From assembly GCA_036258735.1 (NCBI GenBank), contig DATADC010000008.1, positions 1-63,373 of the forward strand: a DNA stretch of 63,373 bases, written 5' to 3'. The position numbers and the translations under genes are program-made. The notes under the pieces were generated by a model, which saw nothing but the letters and a program-made list of their open reading frames with translations, searched no databases and was not told the origin of the DNA. How positions within the stretch are numbered: the stretch's first letter is position 1; the number at the start of each line of letters is the position of its first letter. Positions 17,520 to 26,840 of this stretch are shown in pieces. This stretch comes from Candidatus Limnocylindria bacterium (GTDB lineage: Bacteria > Chloroflexota > Limnocylindria > QHBO01).

Positions 17520-20492
17520 CTACTTGTCGCGCAGCTCGGTCGCGGTGATAGCCGCCTGCGCCGCCGCAAGGCGCGCCACCGGGACACGGAACGGCGAGCA
17601 GGAGACGTAGTCCAGCCCCACTTCGTGGCAGAAGGCGATGCTCGACGGGTCGCCGCCGTGCTCGCCGCAGATGCCGACCTTGAGCTTCTTGCGCGTCTTG
17701 CGCCCTTCCTCGGTGGCCACGCGCACGAGTCGCCCGACGCCTTCCCGATCCAGGACCTGGAACGGGTTGTCGGGGAGGATCTTGCGGTCCACGTACTGGA
17801 GCAGGAACTTGCCCTCCGCGTCGTCGCGCGAGAACCCGAAGGTCATCTGGGTCAGGTCGTTGGTGCCGAAGCTGAAGAACTCGGCGTGCTCGGCGATCTC
17901 GCCGGCGGTCAGCGCGCCGCGCGGCACCTCGATCATGGTGCCGAACTTGTAGTCGACTTGCTGGCCGGAGCGCTCGACGATCTCACGCACCTCTGCCTCC
18001 AGGACGCTGCGCGTCTCCGACAGCTCGTTCACGTGTCCGACCAGCGGGATCATGATCTCCGGCAGCGGGGTGCGCCCCTCGGCCGCCACGCGCGCCGCAC
18101 CGGCGAGGATGGCGCGCGTCTGCATGCGCACGATGTCCGGGATGAGCAGCCCCAGCCGGATGCCGCGCATGCCCAGCATCGGGTTCTGCTCGCGCATGGC
18201 TTCGACGGCCGCCAACAGCTCCTCCGCTTCGGCCAGGTCCACTTGCATGCCGGCCCGATCCGCGTCGGCCGACACGGGGCCCGCCCTACCCTCACGGCCG
18301 ATCAGCCTCATGGCGCGCGTGGCGTCCTTCTCGCCGAAGATGCGCGCCAGCCCCTTCTCGAGCGCCGGCGTCATCCGGTCGGCGACGGCATCGGTCACGC
18401 CGTCGGACGACTCGAGCAGGGTGCGGAGGCGGGTCACCTTCTCCAGCAGCTCGTCGTGCGAGGGCAGGAACTCGTGCAGCGGCGGGTCGATGAGGCGGAT
18501 GACCACCGGCAGGCCGTCCATGGCCCGGAAGAGGCCGGCGAAGTCATCGGTCTGGGCGACCTCCAGCTCGGCCAGCGCCGAGTCGAAGATCTCGATCGCC
18601 TCTCGGTCCTCGGCGGGCAGCTCGCCCCCCGCGTCGCGGCGGCGCTTGGCCTCGGTGGCGCGTTGCGCGTTGAGGATCATGCGGCGCACGGTCGGCAGCC
18701 GCTCCTCCTCGAAGAACATGTGCTCGGTGCGGCACAGCCCGATGCCCTCGGCCCCGAAGGCCCGCGCCCGCTCGGCGTCGCGCGGGTAGTCGGCGTTGGC
18801 CCAGACCTGGAGGCGCCGGGCGGCATCGGCCCAGCCGAGGAGCGTCGCCAGGTCGCGCTCGTCCTCGAAGCGCGCCTCGATGGTCGGCAGCTCGCCGGCG
18901 TAGATCTCGCCGGTGGTGCCGTCGATGCTGATCATCTCGTCCTCGCCCACGGTGACGGAGCCGGCGCGCATCTGGCGCCTGCCGTAGTCGATCTTCAGCG
19001 CCTCGGCGCCGGCCACGCAGGGCAGGCCCATGGAGCGCGCCACCACGGCTGCGTGGGAGGTGGCCCCGCCGCGAGCGGTCAGCACGCCGCGCGCGGCCAG
19101 CATGCCATGCACGTCGTCGGGGCTGGTCTCGATGCGCACCAGGATCACCGGGTCACCGGCGGCCTTGGCCTCCACCGCGCGGTCGGGGTCGAAGACGGCC
19201 TTGCCGGTGGCGGCACCCGGCGAGGCGTTCAGGCCCTTGGCGACGAATCGGTCCTTGGCCCCTTCCTTGGCCGCCTCGTCGAAGCGCGGCAGGAGCAGCT
19301 GCACGATCTGGCCCGGATCCACCCGCTGGAGCGCCTCGTCGCGGGTGATGAGGCCCTCGTTGGCCATGTCGACCGCGATCTTCACCGCGGCCGGGGCGGT
19401 TCGCTTCCCCGAGCGCGTCTGGAGCATGTACAGCGTTCCGCGCTCGATGGTGAACTCCAGGTCCTGCATGTCACGGTAGTGGCTCTCCAGCCGCTGCGCG
19501 ATCTCCTCGAATTGGGTATAGACGTCGGGCATCAGGCGCTGCATCTCGCTGATCTTCAGCGGGGTGCGGATGCCGGCCACCACGTCCTCGCCCTGGGCGT
19601 TGGTCAGGAACTCGCCGTAGAGCTGCTTGTCGCCGGTGTTCGGGTCACGGGTGAACGCCACGCCGGTGCCCGAGTCCTCGCCCATGTTGCCGAAGACCAT
19701 GGTCACGACGTTGACCGCCGTGCCGAGGTCGTGCGGGATCTTGTTGTACTCGCGGTAGTCATGCGCCCGCTTGCCGAACCAGGAGTCGAAGACGGCGCGG
19801 GTGGCCAGCTCCAGCTGCCGATATGGATCGGTCGGAAACGGCTGGCCGGTCTTCCCTTCCACGAGCGTCGTGTACCGCTCGCCGATGTCGCGTAGCTGGT
19901 CCGCCGTAAGGTCGGTATCGGCCTTGGCACCGACGGCGCGCTTGAGCTCCTCGAAGGGCTCGTCGAACTCCTCAGCGCCCAGGTCCAGCACGATGCGGCC
20001 GAACATGGCCACGAAGCGTCGCCACGCGTCCCACGCGAAGCGCTCGTTGCCGGTCAGCCGGATGAGGCCCTGGACCGTCTCGGGGTTGAGGCCCAGGTTG
20101 AGGACGGTGTCCATCATGCCCGGCATCGAGAAGGCGGCGCCGGAGCGCACGCTGACCAGCAGCGGGTTGTCCGGGTCGCCGAAGCCCTTTCCCGTCTGCT
20201 GCTCCAGCTGGTGCATGTGCGCCACCACGTCGTCCCACAGGCCCGGCGGCAGCTCCTTCCCGGCGGCGTAGTAGGCGTTGCAGGCCTCGGTGGTGATGGT
20301 GAAGCCCGGTGGGACCGGTAGCCCCGCGTTCGTCATCTCGGCCAGGCCGGCACCCTTGCCGCCGAGTAGGGCCCGCAGGGTCGCGTTGCCCTCGCTGAAG
20401 GTGTACACCAGCTTTCCGCTGGTTGGCTCGGTCTCGCGCTTGGTGGCGGTGCGGCTGCTGCGCTTGCGGGTCGTGCCCGTGGGGCTGGCCAT
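17520..20492 (-). CDS. ppdK: pyruvate, phosphate dikinase
   Basis: LGGKGAGLAEMTNAGLPVPPGFTITTEAC, phospho-His loop GGATSHAAVVARSMGLPCV, PEP-utilising C-terminal barrel (NPMLGMRGIRLG, FFSFGTNDLTQMTFG, CGEHGGDP). 990 aa. Confidence 0.95.
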   Translation of the reverse strand: MASPTGTTRKRSSRTATKRETEPTSGKLVYTFSEGNATLRALLGGKGAGLAEMTNAGLPVPPGFTITTEACNAYYAAGKELPPGLWDDVVAHMHQLEQQTGKGFGDPDNPLLVSVRSGAAFSMPGMMDTVLNLGLNPETVQGLIRLTGNERFAWDAWRRFVAMFGRIVLDLGAEEFDEPFEELKRAVGAKADTDLTADQLRDIGERYTTLVEGKTGQPFPTDPYRQLELATRAVFDSWFGKRAHDYREYNKIPHDLGTAVNVVTMVFGNMGEDSGTGVAFTRDPNTGDKQLYGEFLTNAQGEDVVAGIRTPLKISEMQRLMPDVYTQFEEIAQRLESHYRDMQDLEFTIERGTLYMLQTRSGKRTAPAAVKIAVDMANEGLITRDEALQRVDPGQIVQLLLPRFDEAAKEGAKDRFVAKGLNASPGAATGKAVFDPDRAVEAKAAGDPVILVRIETSPDDVHGMLAARGVLTARGGATSHAAVVARSMGLPCVAGAEALKIDYGRRQMRAGSVTVGEDEMISIDGTTGEIYAGELPTIEARFEDERDLATLLGWADAARRLQVWANADYPRDAERARAFGAEGIGLCRTEHMFFEEERLPTVRRMILNAQRATEAKRRRDAGGELPAEDREAIEIFDSALAELEVAQTDDFAGLFRAMDGLPVVIRLIDPPLHEFLPSHDELLEKVTRLRTLLESSDGVTDAVADRMTPALEKGLARIFGEKDATRAMRLIGREGRAGPVSADADRAGMQVDLAEAEELLAAVEAMREQNPMLGMRGIRLGLLIPDIVRMQTRAILAGAARVAAEGRTPLPEIMIPLVGHVNELSETRSVLEAEVREIVERSGQQVDYKFGTMIEVPRGALTAGEIAEHAEFFSFGTNDLTQMTFGFSRDDAEGKFLLQYVDRKILPDNPFQVLDREGVGRLVRVATEEGRKTRKKLKVGICGEHGGDPSSIAFCHEVGLDYVSCSPFRVPVARLAAAQAAITATELRDK

Positions 20493-20531
20493 GCGCGACG
20501 GCTCCTGTCAGGACTTCGGTGGGGAGGCTCG

Positions 20532-20560
20532 ATTGTAGCCGCGGCGCCACGCCGTTGACA
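20532..20560 (-). promoter_or_regulatory. possible sigma-70-type promoter upstream of ppdK
   Basis: On the minus strand: TGTCAA, 17 nt, TACAAT (-10 = reverse complement of 20532-20537). It lies about 40 nt upstream of the ppdK ATG, which has an AGGAG RBS. The -35 is poor; sequence-only guess. Confidence 0.3.
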
Positions 20561-20613
20561 CGCGATGGCATGTTCGACCGGACACATCTGGCACGGGCGT
20601 TGGAGTCAGCGCG

Positions 20614-21000
20614 CTAGCGGGATCGCTTCAACCGGCGACGGCCGGGCTGGCGGTATCTGACTTCGATCAGCGGCCACAAATCGTCGACGCGGATGCGGTA
20701 ATCGCCCCGGACCCGCCGCGCCCGCAGGCGGCCGGTACGGACCAAGCGCCGGACGTGCTCGGGGTGGAATCCGAGGACGATGCCCGCTTCCCGCGTCCCG
20801 AGATCGAGCGCGGCGAGGTCGACCTCGGCCTCATCGGCAAGGCCGGCCAGTGCGACGGCCATGGCCTTGGTGCGGTCCGCGGTGAGGGCGATGGCCTGGG
20901 CGTCGGGGCGCCGCATGGCGCGGGCCAGGGCCGAGGCCAGGTGGTCGCGCAGCTCGCCGGCGGTCGTGCCGCGCGGCTGGGTCAGCGGACGTTCAGCCAC
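20614..21000 (-). CDS. excisionase/MerR-superfamily helix-turn-helix DNA-binding protein
   Basis: C-terminal TREAGIVLGFHPEHVRRLVRTGRLRARRVRGDYRIRVDDL resembles the excisionase-family HTH_17 domain. GTG 21000 was chosen because upstream sequence belongs to the TPR gene; the start is uncertain. Confidence 0.5.
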   Translation of the reverse strand: MAERPLTQPRGTTAGELRDHLASALARAMRRPDAQAIALTADRTKAMAVALAGLADEAEVDLAALDLGTREAGIVLGFHPEHVRRLVRTGRLRARRVRGDYRIRVDDLWPLIEVRYRQPGRRRLKRSR

Positions 21001-21722
21001 CCGCGCTCCAACGCAGCCTCGAAGAGGCCCGGGATGGCAAGCACGATCCGGCCACCAAGGCCGGCGTGCTGCGCGTAGAGCGCCCGGGCCTTGGCAACGA
21101 CCCGGTCGCGCGAGGCGCCCGAGAGCTCCTGCGCCAGGCGCCGGAACTGCGCGAAGGCCGCGGCGTCCCGATTCGAGAGCCATTCGGCGTCGGCCAGCGC
21201 CTCGCGCGCCTGCGCATCTTCCGGCTGCAGCTCAGCGGCCGTGGCGGCCGCGCGCAACGCCCCGCCGGGTTCTCCGGTGCGCAGAAGCGCCCGCGCAAGC
21301 GCCAGCTGCGCGTCGAAGTCGGACGGGTTGAGACGCACCGCGCGGCGGGCGGCGTCGGCCGCCCGCGCGGCCTCGTCCGCGTCGAGCCGCTCCCCCGCCT
21401 CGGCCAGCGTCCAGGCCCGCTGTCGCGGGTCGCCGCGAGCCAGCCGCGCGTACTCGGTGGCGGCTTCGCGGTGGGCGCCCTCCGCCGAAAGCACCTCGGC
21501 CATCAGCTCGCGGTAGCGCACCTCGTCGGGATCCAGGCGCACTGCGTCGGCGGCATGCTGCTGCGCCTCATCGGTCCGGCCCAGGGCGAGCAGCGCTCGC
21601 GCCCGCAGCTCGTGCGCTGCGTCGTCGCCGGGGCGCTCGGCCAGGATGGCATCGGTCAGGCGCAGGACCTCCTCGTGGTCCGCGCGATCGAGGGCGGCCT
21701 GCACCGATGCGAGCTCCTGCAT
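20982..21722 (-). CDS. tetratricopeptide-repeat (TPR) protein
   Basis: Repeated about 34-aa Ala/Leu-rich helical units (A..A...A..AL.L.P.D..A...LA). Confidence 0.7.
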   Translation of the reverse strand: MQELASVQAALDRADHEEVLRLTDAILAERPGDDAAHELRARALLALGRTDEAQQHAADAVRLDPDEVRYRELMAEVLSAEGAHREAATEYARLARGDPRQRAWTLAEAGERLDADEAARAADAARRAVRLNPSDFDAQLALARALLRTGEPGGALRAAATAAELQPEDAQAREALADAEWLSNRDAAAFAQFRRLAQELSGASRDRVVAKARALYAQHAGLGGRIVLAIPGLFEAALERGWLNVR

Positions 21723-21725
21723 CGG

Positions 21726-23075
21726 CTAGGCGCTCGCCTCCCAGGCGGCGGTGCCCGCCAGCAGCGAGGCGAGCCGATCCGGTATGGCGTCCAGGGCGAC
21801 GCGCTCCTGCGTCATGCTGTCCCGCTCCCGGATAGTGGCCTTGCCGTCGTCGAGCGTGTCCACGTCCACGGTCACGCAGAACGGGGTGCCGATCTCGTCC
21901 TGCCGCCGGTACAGCTTGCCAATGGAGGCGGTGTCGTCGTAGACGGCGGCCATCCGCGGCCGCAGGTCGGCGGCCAGGCGGCGCGCCCGTTCGACGAGCT
22001 CGGGGCGGTTGCGCAGCAACGGCATGACCGCCGCCTTGACCGGCGCCAGCTGCGGTCGGATGTGCAGCACCACTCGCCTTTCCTTGTCAAGCTGCTGCTC
22101 GTCGTAGGCGTCGAGCAGCACGGTCAGCACGGCACGATCCACCCCCATGGCCGGCTCGATGACGTAGGGGATCACGTGCTCGCCGCTGGCCTCGTCGAAG
22201 ATGCGCAGCGTCTTGCCCGAGCCGGCGGAGTGCGCTGACAGGTCGTAGTCGGTGCGGTCGGCAACGCCCTCGAGCTCGGACCAGCCCATCGGGAAGGCGT
22301 ACTCGATGTCGGTGGTCTGCTTCGAGTAGTGGCTCAGCTCGTCCTCGTCGTGCGGCCGCAGGCGCAGGCGCTCGCGCGCGATTCCGACCTCATCGGTCCA
22401 CCAGCCCATGCGCTCCTCCACCCAGTAGGCGAACCAGCGGTCCTCCTCGGACGGGTCGACGAAGAACTCCATCTCCATCTGCTCGAACTCTCGGTCGCGG
22501 AAGATGAAGTTGCCCGGCGTGATCTCGTTGCGGAAGCTCTTTCCGATCTGGGCGATGCCGAAGGGCAGCTTCTTCCGGGTGGTCGTGGCCACGTTGTCGA
22601 AGTTGACGAAGATGCCCTGGGCCGTCTCGGGGCGCAGGTACGCCACGCTGGCGGTGTCCTCCACCGGTCCGACGTGGGTCTTGAATATGAGGTTGAACTG
22701 GCGCGGCTCGGTCAGCGTGCCCCGGCTCCCGCAGTTGGGGCACGCGATCTCGGCGGGCGGGCCCTTGAGGTCCTCGGCGCGGAAGCGAAGCTTGCAGTTG
22801 CGGCAGTCGACCATGGGGTCGCTGAAACCACCGACATGGCCCGATACCTCCCACACGCGCGGGTTCATGACGATGGCCGCGTCCAGGCCGACGATCTCGT
22901 CGCGCAGCTGGACCATGGAGCGCCACCAGGCCGCCTTGACGTTGTTCTTGAGCTCCACGCCCAGCGGGCCGTAGTCCCAGAAGCCGCCCATGCCGCCGTA
23001 GATCTCGCTCGACGGGAAGACGAAGCCGCGGCGCTTGGCGAGGCTGACGATGGCCTCCATGTTCGGGGCAGGCAC
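21726..23075 (-). CDS. glyQS: glycine--tRNA ligase (homodimeric class II type)
   Basis: IVSLAKRRGFVFPSSEIYGGMGGFWDYGPLGVELKNNVKAAWW and the FRNEITPGNFIFRDREFEQMEMEFF class II motifs. Confidence 0.95.
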   Translation of the reverse strand: MPAPNMEAIVSLAKRRGFVFPSSEIYGGMGGFWDYGPLGVELKNNVKAAWWRSMVQLRDEIVGLDAAIVMNPRVWEVSGHVGGFSDPMVDCRNCKLRFRAEDLKGPPAEIACPNCGSRGTLTEPRQFNLIFKTHVGPVEDTASVAYLRPETAQGIFVNFDNVATTTRKKLPFGIAQIGKSFRNEITPGNFIFRDREFEQMEMEFFVDPSEEDRWFAYWVEERMGWWTDEVGIARERLRLRPHDEDELSHYSKQTTDIEYAFPMGWSELEGVADRTDYDLSAHSAGSGKTLRIFDEASGEHVIPYVIEPAMGVDRAVLTVLLDAYDEQQLDKERRVVLHIRPQLAPVKAAVMPLLRNRPELVERARRLAADLRPRMAAVYDDTASIGKLYRRQDEIGTPFCVTVDVDTLDDGKATIRERDSMTQERVALDAIPDRLASLLAGTAAWEASA

Positions 23076-23232
23076 GTTCGGCGTTCGGCTCCGCTGCGGG
23101 TCGTGCCGGGTTCGGCGTTCCGAGTCTAGCGCAGGGCGCCGGCCACCATGCCGGTCGTGATCGCGTTGCGGACGCGCCGATCGCGCTCCGCCACGACCGC
23201 ACGGGCCAGTGACCAGTAGGCGTCCGGAGGGC

Positions 23233-24723
23233 CTATTCGATCAGCCCGTAGCCGGTCGGCTTGGTGAAGTCGGCGTCACGGTAGAAGAAGGTAAACGACG
23301 CGTTGCCCGAGATGCTCAGGTCCCACGCGATGAACTGGAGCGTGAGGTTGACCGCTCCGCCCGAGCCGCCCGATCCACCGCCCATCTCGACCGCTGCCGA
23401 CGGCGCGTAGACGGTGCCACTGACGGTGACCGAGCCGCCGCCGCTGAGGCGGACCACGGGCTGCTCGTAGGTGCTGGCCGGCGCCGGCGTGGCGTCCTGC
23501 CACAGCAGCAGGTTGAGGTAGTCGGCGTACTGGTGGCCGAGCGCCGCGTCCGCATCGGGGTAGTAGGATCGAAGCCGGAGCGTTGCGCCGGCCGCCACCG
23601 ACACCTGGCCCATGGTCCCCGTGCTGCCGACCGTGTTGAAGAGCAGCACGCCGCAGGTGGTGCGCGGGCAGTCCCCCTCCCAGGTGGCATCGCTCGTCAC
23701 GCTGAGCGCCGCGGGGATCGAGAACACCTTGGCCTGTGCCCCGATCTCCAGGCCGCCGCCCTGGAAGACGTAGATGCCCGGCCGCAGGAACGCCTGTGAC
23801 GAGTTGCGCAGCTCGATGCCGCCCTGGTAGATCCCCGGGTCCAGCACCTGGGTGGCGTTGCTGAGCACCAGCCGCGTGGTCCTGCGCACGGGGAGGGAAG
23901 CCTGGTCTATCGGAGGGAGCCCGGCCAGTGGATCGGCTATGGGCGTCTGGTGCTCGAGCGGCGCGGGGCTGATGGTCAACGCCTGCGGCTTGTACTCGCC
24001 CACGATGCGCAGCCGCGCGCCGTTCGTGACGTTCAGGGTGGTGGCGTTGCCGTTCGTGCTCAGCGCGCCGCCGTTGGCCTCGGTGCAGGTCGAGTTGACC
24101 TGGAGGGAGCCCTCGAACGTGACCGACGGTCCGCCCGACAGCAGGAACGATGGGCAACCGCGGCGGCCGTTGGGCCACGACGGGTTGCCCGGGTCAAGCA
24201 GTACCACCGAGTAGGTCGTCCCGAAGATCTGGCCGTTCACCGCGGCGCTGACGGTCTGGATGTCCGTCTCCGGCGCGCCGATCACGCTCGCGAAGAAGGT
24301 CCTGGTCCGATACGACAGCACCACGCGAACGGCGTCATTGTCCCGGTCGGGAGGGCAGGTGATGACCACGTCGTCCGCGTCGAGCGCCGGTGCGTTCTGC
24401 GCAAGGCTGTCCATGACGGCCTGGACCACGTCGGCGCGCGGGGCGCCCGGCGGGGGGCCGACGGTGTCGCTGCATCCGCGGCTGGTGCCGGCGGTCTTGA
24501 TGCGGTTCGCGCCCGCGATGGCGGCGGCATCCCCGGCATCCTGCAGGTCGCGGCGGTAGCTGAGCCCTACCCCGCCGTCGATGACGAGGGCGGCCAGGGC
24601 GACGATCACCGTGAACAGGAAGGCGGTGATGACCACGATCTGGCCCCGCTCCGAAGCTGGCCGGGCAGCGCGCACCCGTGAACGGACTGAGGCGCCGATC
24701 GGCAAGGAAGCTGCCCTGCGCAT
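23233..24723 (-). CDS. TadG-like Flp-pilus assembly / pseudopilin-like protein
   Basis: N-terminus RGQIVVITAFLFTVIVALAALVIDGGVGLSYRRDLQDAGDAAAIAGA is the Tad/TadG N-terminal pattern, followed by a large Gly/Thr/Ser-rich extracellular region. ATG 24723 overlaps the upstream stop by 1 nt. Confidence 0.65.
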   Translation of the reverse strand: MRRAASLPIGASVRSRVRAARPASERGQIVVITAFLFTVIVALAALVIDGGVGLSYRRDLQDAGDAAAIAGANRIKTAGTSRGCSDTVGPPPGAPRADVVQAVMDSLAQNAPALDADDVVITCPPDRDNDAVRVVLSYRTRTFFASVIGAPETDIQTVSAAVNGQIFGTTYSVVLLDPGNPSWPNGRRGCPSFLLSGGPSVTFEGSLQVNSTCTEANGGALSTNGNATTLNVTNGARLRIVGEYKPQALTISPAPLEHQTPIADPLAGLPPIDQASLPVRRTTRLVLSNATQVLDPGIYQGGIELRNSSQAFLRPGIYVFQGGGLEIGAQAKVFSIPAALSVTSDATWEGDCPRTTCGVLLFNTVGSTGTMGQVSVAAGATLRLRSYYPDADAALGHQYADYLNLLLWQDATPAPASTYEQPVVRLSGGGSVTVSGTVYAPSAAVEMGGGSGGSGGAVNLTLQFIAWDLSISGNASFTFFYRDADFTKPTGYGLIE

Positions 24724-25238
24724 CAGTGGTTCACCACCATGGTGTGCTCGGAGTGGATGGCCATCTCGCCGAAGCCGAGCACCGACATCAGCGTGAGTGA
24801 GACGGAGCTGCTGACTCCGACGGTGACCGGCGTGCCCCGCACGTTGGTCTCTTCGGTATTCGTGTCGCCCGTGCATTCGTCCCCGTAGCACACCGTCACC
24901 ACGATCGGACGCCCGCCCGCGATGGCGTAGTGCTTCGCCTGCTCGCGGATGCTGTCCTTGGAGGGCGAGGGATGCGGGCAGTCGTCGCTGGCCGCGGGGA
25001 TGACGGTCTCGGGGCCGGGCGGTCCAACGGGGCAGGCGTTATCGGGCGAGCCGCCGTGCACGATCGCGTAGCGAGCCGCCTCTCGGGCGGCATTGGTGAC
25101 GGCGCTGGTCGCCCAGACCACCCGTCCGAAGTCGAGGATGCCGACCACGATCAGCAGGAAGACCGGCAGGATGATGGCGAACTCGACCAGCGACTGGCCG
25201 CGATGCCCGGGACGCCGAAGGCGGTTCCTCATCGTCAT
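24723..25238 (-). CDS. TadE-family protein
   Basis: GQSLVEFAIILPVFLLIVVGILDFGRVVWATSAVTNAAREAARYA is the TadE-like N-terminal domain. Confidence 0.7.
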   Translation of the reverse strand: MTMRNRLRRPGHRGQSLVEFAIILPVFLLIVVGILDFGRVVWATSAVTNAAREAARYAIVHGGSPDNACPVGPPGPETVIPAASDDCPHPSPSKDSIREQAKHYAIAGGRPIVVTVCYGDECTGDTNTEETNVRGTPVTVGVSSSVSLTLMSVLGFGEMAIHSEHTMVVNH

Positions 25239-25714
25239 CGCCCCTGGAGGACCTGGAATGACTCGGTGGCGCTGAGCTGCCAGCTACCGCGATCCAGCCA
25301 CGGCCACGGCATGAGCATCCGGAACGGCAGCCGAGCCTGGAGGGTGACCGAGCCCAGCGGATAGAAGGCAGTGGCGCCGGGGGCGGTCGAGCTGCGCGAG
25401 TACGAGAGGACCTCGACCTCGGGTTGGTCGCACGCCTCGGGCGTGTCCCCCTGCTCGTAGCCGATGACGCTCTCCAGCTCGCCGCAGATGTGCGAGCGGG
25501 CCTCCGTCAGCGCGCTGTCCTCGTCGGTGGCGTTGCCCGCCGCGTATTCGGCGGCGGTTCGCGTGGCCGACTCGAGAGCGATCTGGGCGGCGTAGGCGCG
25601 ACCGAAGTCGACGATGATGCCGGCGAAGGCGAGCAGCATCGGCATGACGATGGCGAGCTCGACGAGTGCCTGGCCCCGTGGCGCGCTGCGGAATGGGTTG
25701 GCCGCCCGGTTCAT
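25235..25714 (-). CDS. TadE-family protein
   Basis: GQALVELAIVMPMLLAFAGIIVDFGRAYAAQIALESATRTAAEYA is TadE-like. AGGAG RBS upstream; stop overlaps the next start (ATGA). Confidence 0.7.
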   Translation of the reverse strand: MNRAANPFRSAPRGQALVELAIVMPMLLAFAGIIVDFGRAYAAQIALESATRTAAEYAAGNATDEDSALTEARSHICGELESVIGYEQGDTPEACDQPEVEVLSYSRSSTAPGATAFYPLGSVTLQARLPFRMLMPWPWLDRGSWQLSATESFQVLQGR

Positions 25715-26018
25715 CGCTCACTCCTGAAGGAAGGTGTGCGACGCTCTTCCGGCGGCTGGGCCGTCTCCCCGCGGGTGGGAGATCCCTGGCTTTGCGTCCC
25801 CGTCTCGCGGCGGGTTTGCCCTTGTCGATTGATAGCGCCAGGACGCAGCTGCCTGCGTACCTGCCGCCAAGTCTCCGGGCAGTCGCCTCCGAGCGATACC
25901 AGCCAGAGGTACCGGTGCCGCTAGTTCCCCGGTCCTAGTGGCGACTCCCCCGGAACGGTCGCGACACCCCCACGCCTGTCCCGACCGCCCCGCGGCACCG
26001 AGGCCGGCGCCGAGAGCT

Positions 26019-26819
26019 TCATGGGACGAGGACCGCTCCGCGGGCCGCGTGGCGGGCGGCCACCTCCTCCAGGAAGTCGCGGCTGCGCAGCTCGCGTTCG
26101 AGCACCGCCGACACGGTGGCGTGCAGCAACCGCTCGACCTCGCGTTGAATGGGTGGCCGCAGCTGGAAGCGGAGGATGTCGGTCAAGGCGCTGCGCTGCA
26201 GGTGGCGCATGACCTTCAGCGCATCGGGCCCGATGGACCGACCGCCCAGCGCGGCGTGCGCGCACTCCGGACCGAGCACGCCTCCGCCGCTGGCCGAGTA
26301 CACGTTGTCCTGCGGCTCGATCTCGTCGCCGCATTCCAGGCAGCGCGTCAGCTCGGGGCGGAACCCCATGGCGTCGAGGAGGGCCAGCTCGAACCATCGG
26401 GCCACCACCTCGCGGCCGACCTCGCTGGGCGCGGCGTCCAGGGCCGAAAGCCCCTGCGCCAGCAGCAGGAACGCGCCACGCGAGTCCGAGGCCCCTTCGC
26501 AGAAGCGGTCGGCGAGCTCCACGAGGTACCAGGCTGCGGCGGTGGAGTGCAGGTCGTCGCGCAGGCCGAGGTGCGGCTCCTCGAGCGCGACCTGCGTGAC
26601 GATGTCGAAGGTACGGCCCACCGCCAGCACCAGGTGCACGTCGCTGAACGGCTCCAGTCCCCCGCCCAGCCGGGAGCGGGGCCGGCGAATGCCCTTGGCC
26701 ACCACCCGCAGCTTCCCGTGGTGCGGCGTCAGGACGGTGAGCACCCGATCGGCCTCGCCCAGGTCCATGCTGCGCAGCACGATCGCCTCGGTCTTGTAGA
26801 GGCGCGCCCTTGGGCTCAT
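26019..26819 (-). CDS. recO: DNA repair protein RecO
   Basis: [44 protein letters not shown] (OB fold) and zinc motif CLECG...GPEC. ATG 26819; the ORF-track start 27827 is antisense junk. Confidence 0.85.
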   Translation of the reverse strand: MSPRARLYKTEAIVLRSMDLGEADRVLTVLTPHHGKLRVVAKGIRRPRSRLGGGLEPFSDVHLVLAVGRTFDIVTQVALEEPHLGLRDDLHSTAAAWYLVELADRFCEGASDSRGAFLLLAQGLSALDAAPSEVGREVVARWFELALLDAMGFRPELTRCLECGDEIEPQDNVYSASGGGVLGPECAHAALGGRSIGPDALKVMRHLQRSALTDILRFQLRPPIQREVERLLHATVSAVLERELRSRDFLEEVAARHAARGAVLVP

Positions 26820-26840
26820 TGGCTCGGGTACGCTTCCGCC

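Noticed and set aside
23076-23232. T-box riboswitch upstream of glyQS.
   Set aside because: The only T-box-like string is AUGGUGGCCGGCGCC, a poor match to the GGUGGNACCGCG core. It gives UGGU/UGGC where I would expect UGGA for tRNA-Gly. I could not find Stem I features or a specifier loop, and 157 nt is short. cmscan with RF00230 would settle it.
25715-26018. Small flp pilin gene upstream of tadE.
   Set aside because: The minus strand here has no ATG and no ORF with a Flp-like G/xxxxEY hydrophobic N-terminus. The only GTG-initiated frame is the Arg/Gly-rich tail of a spurious ORF.
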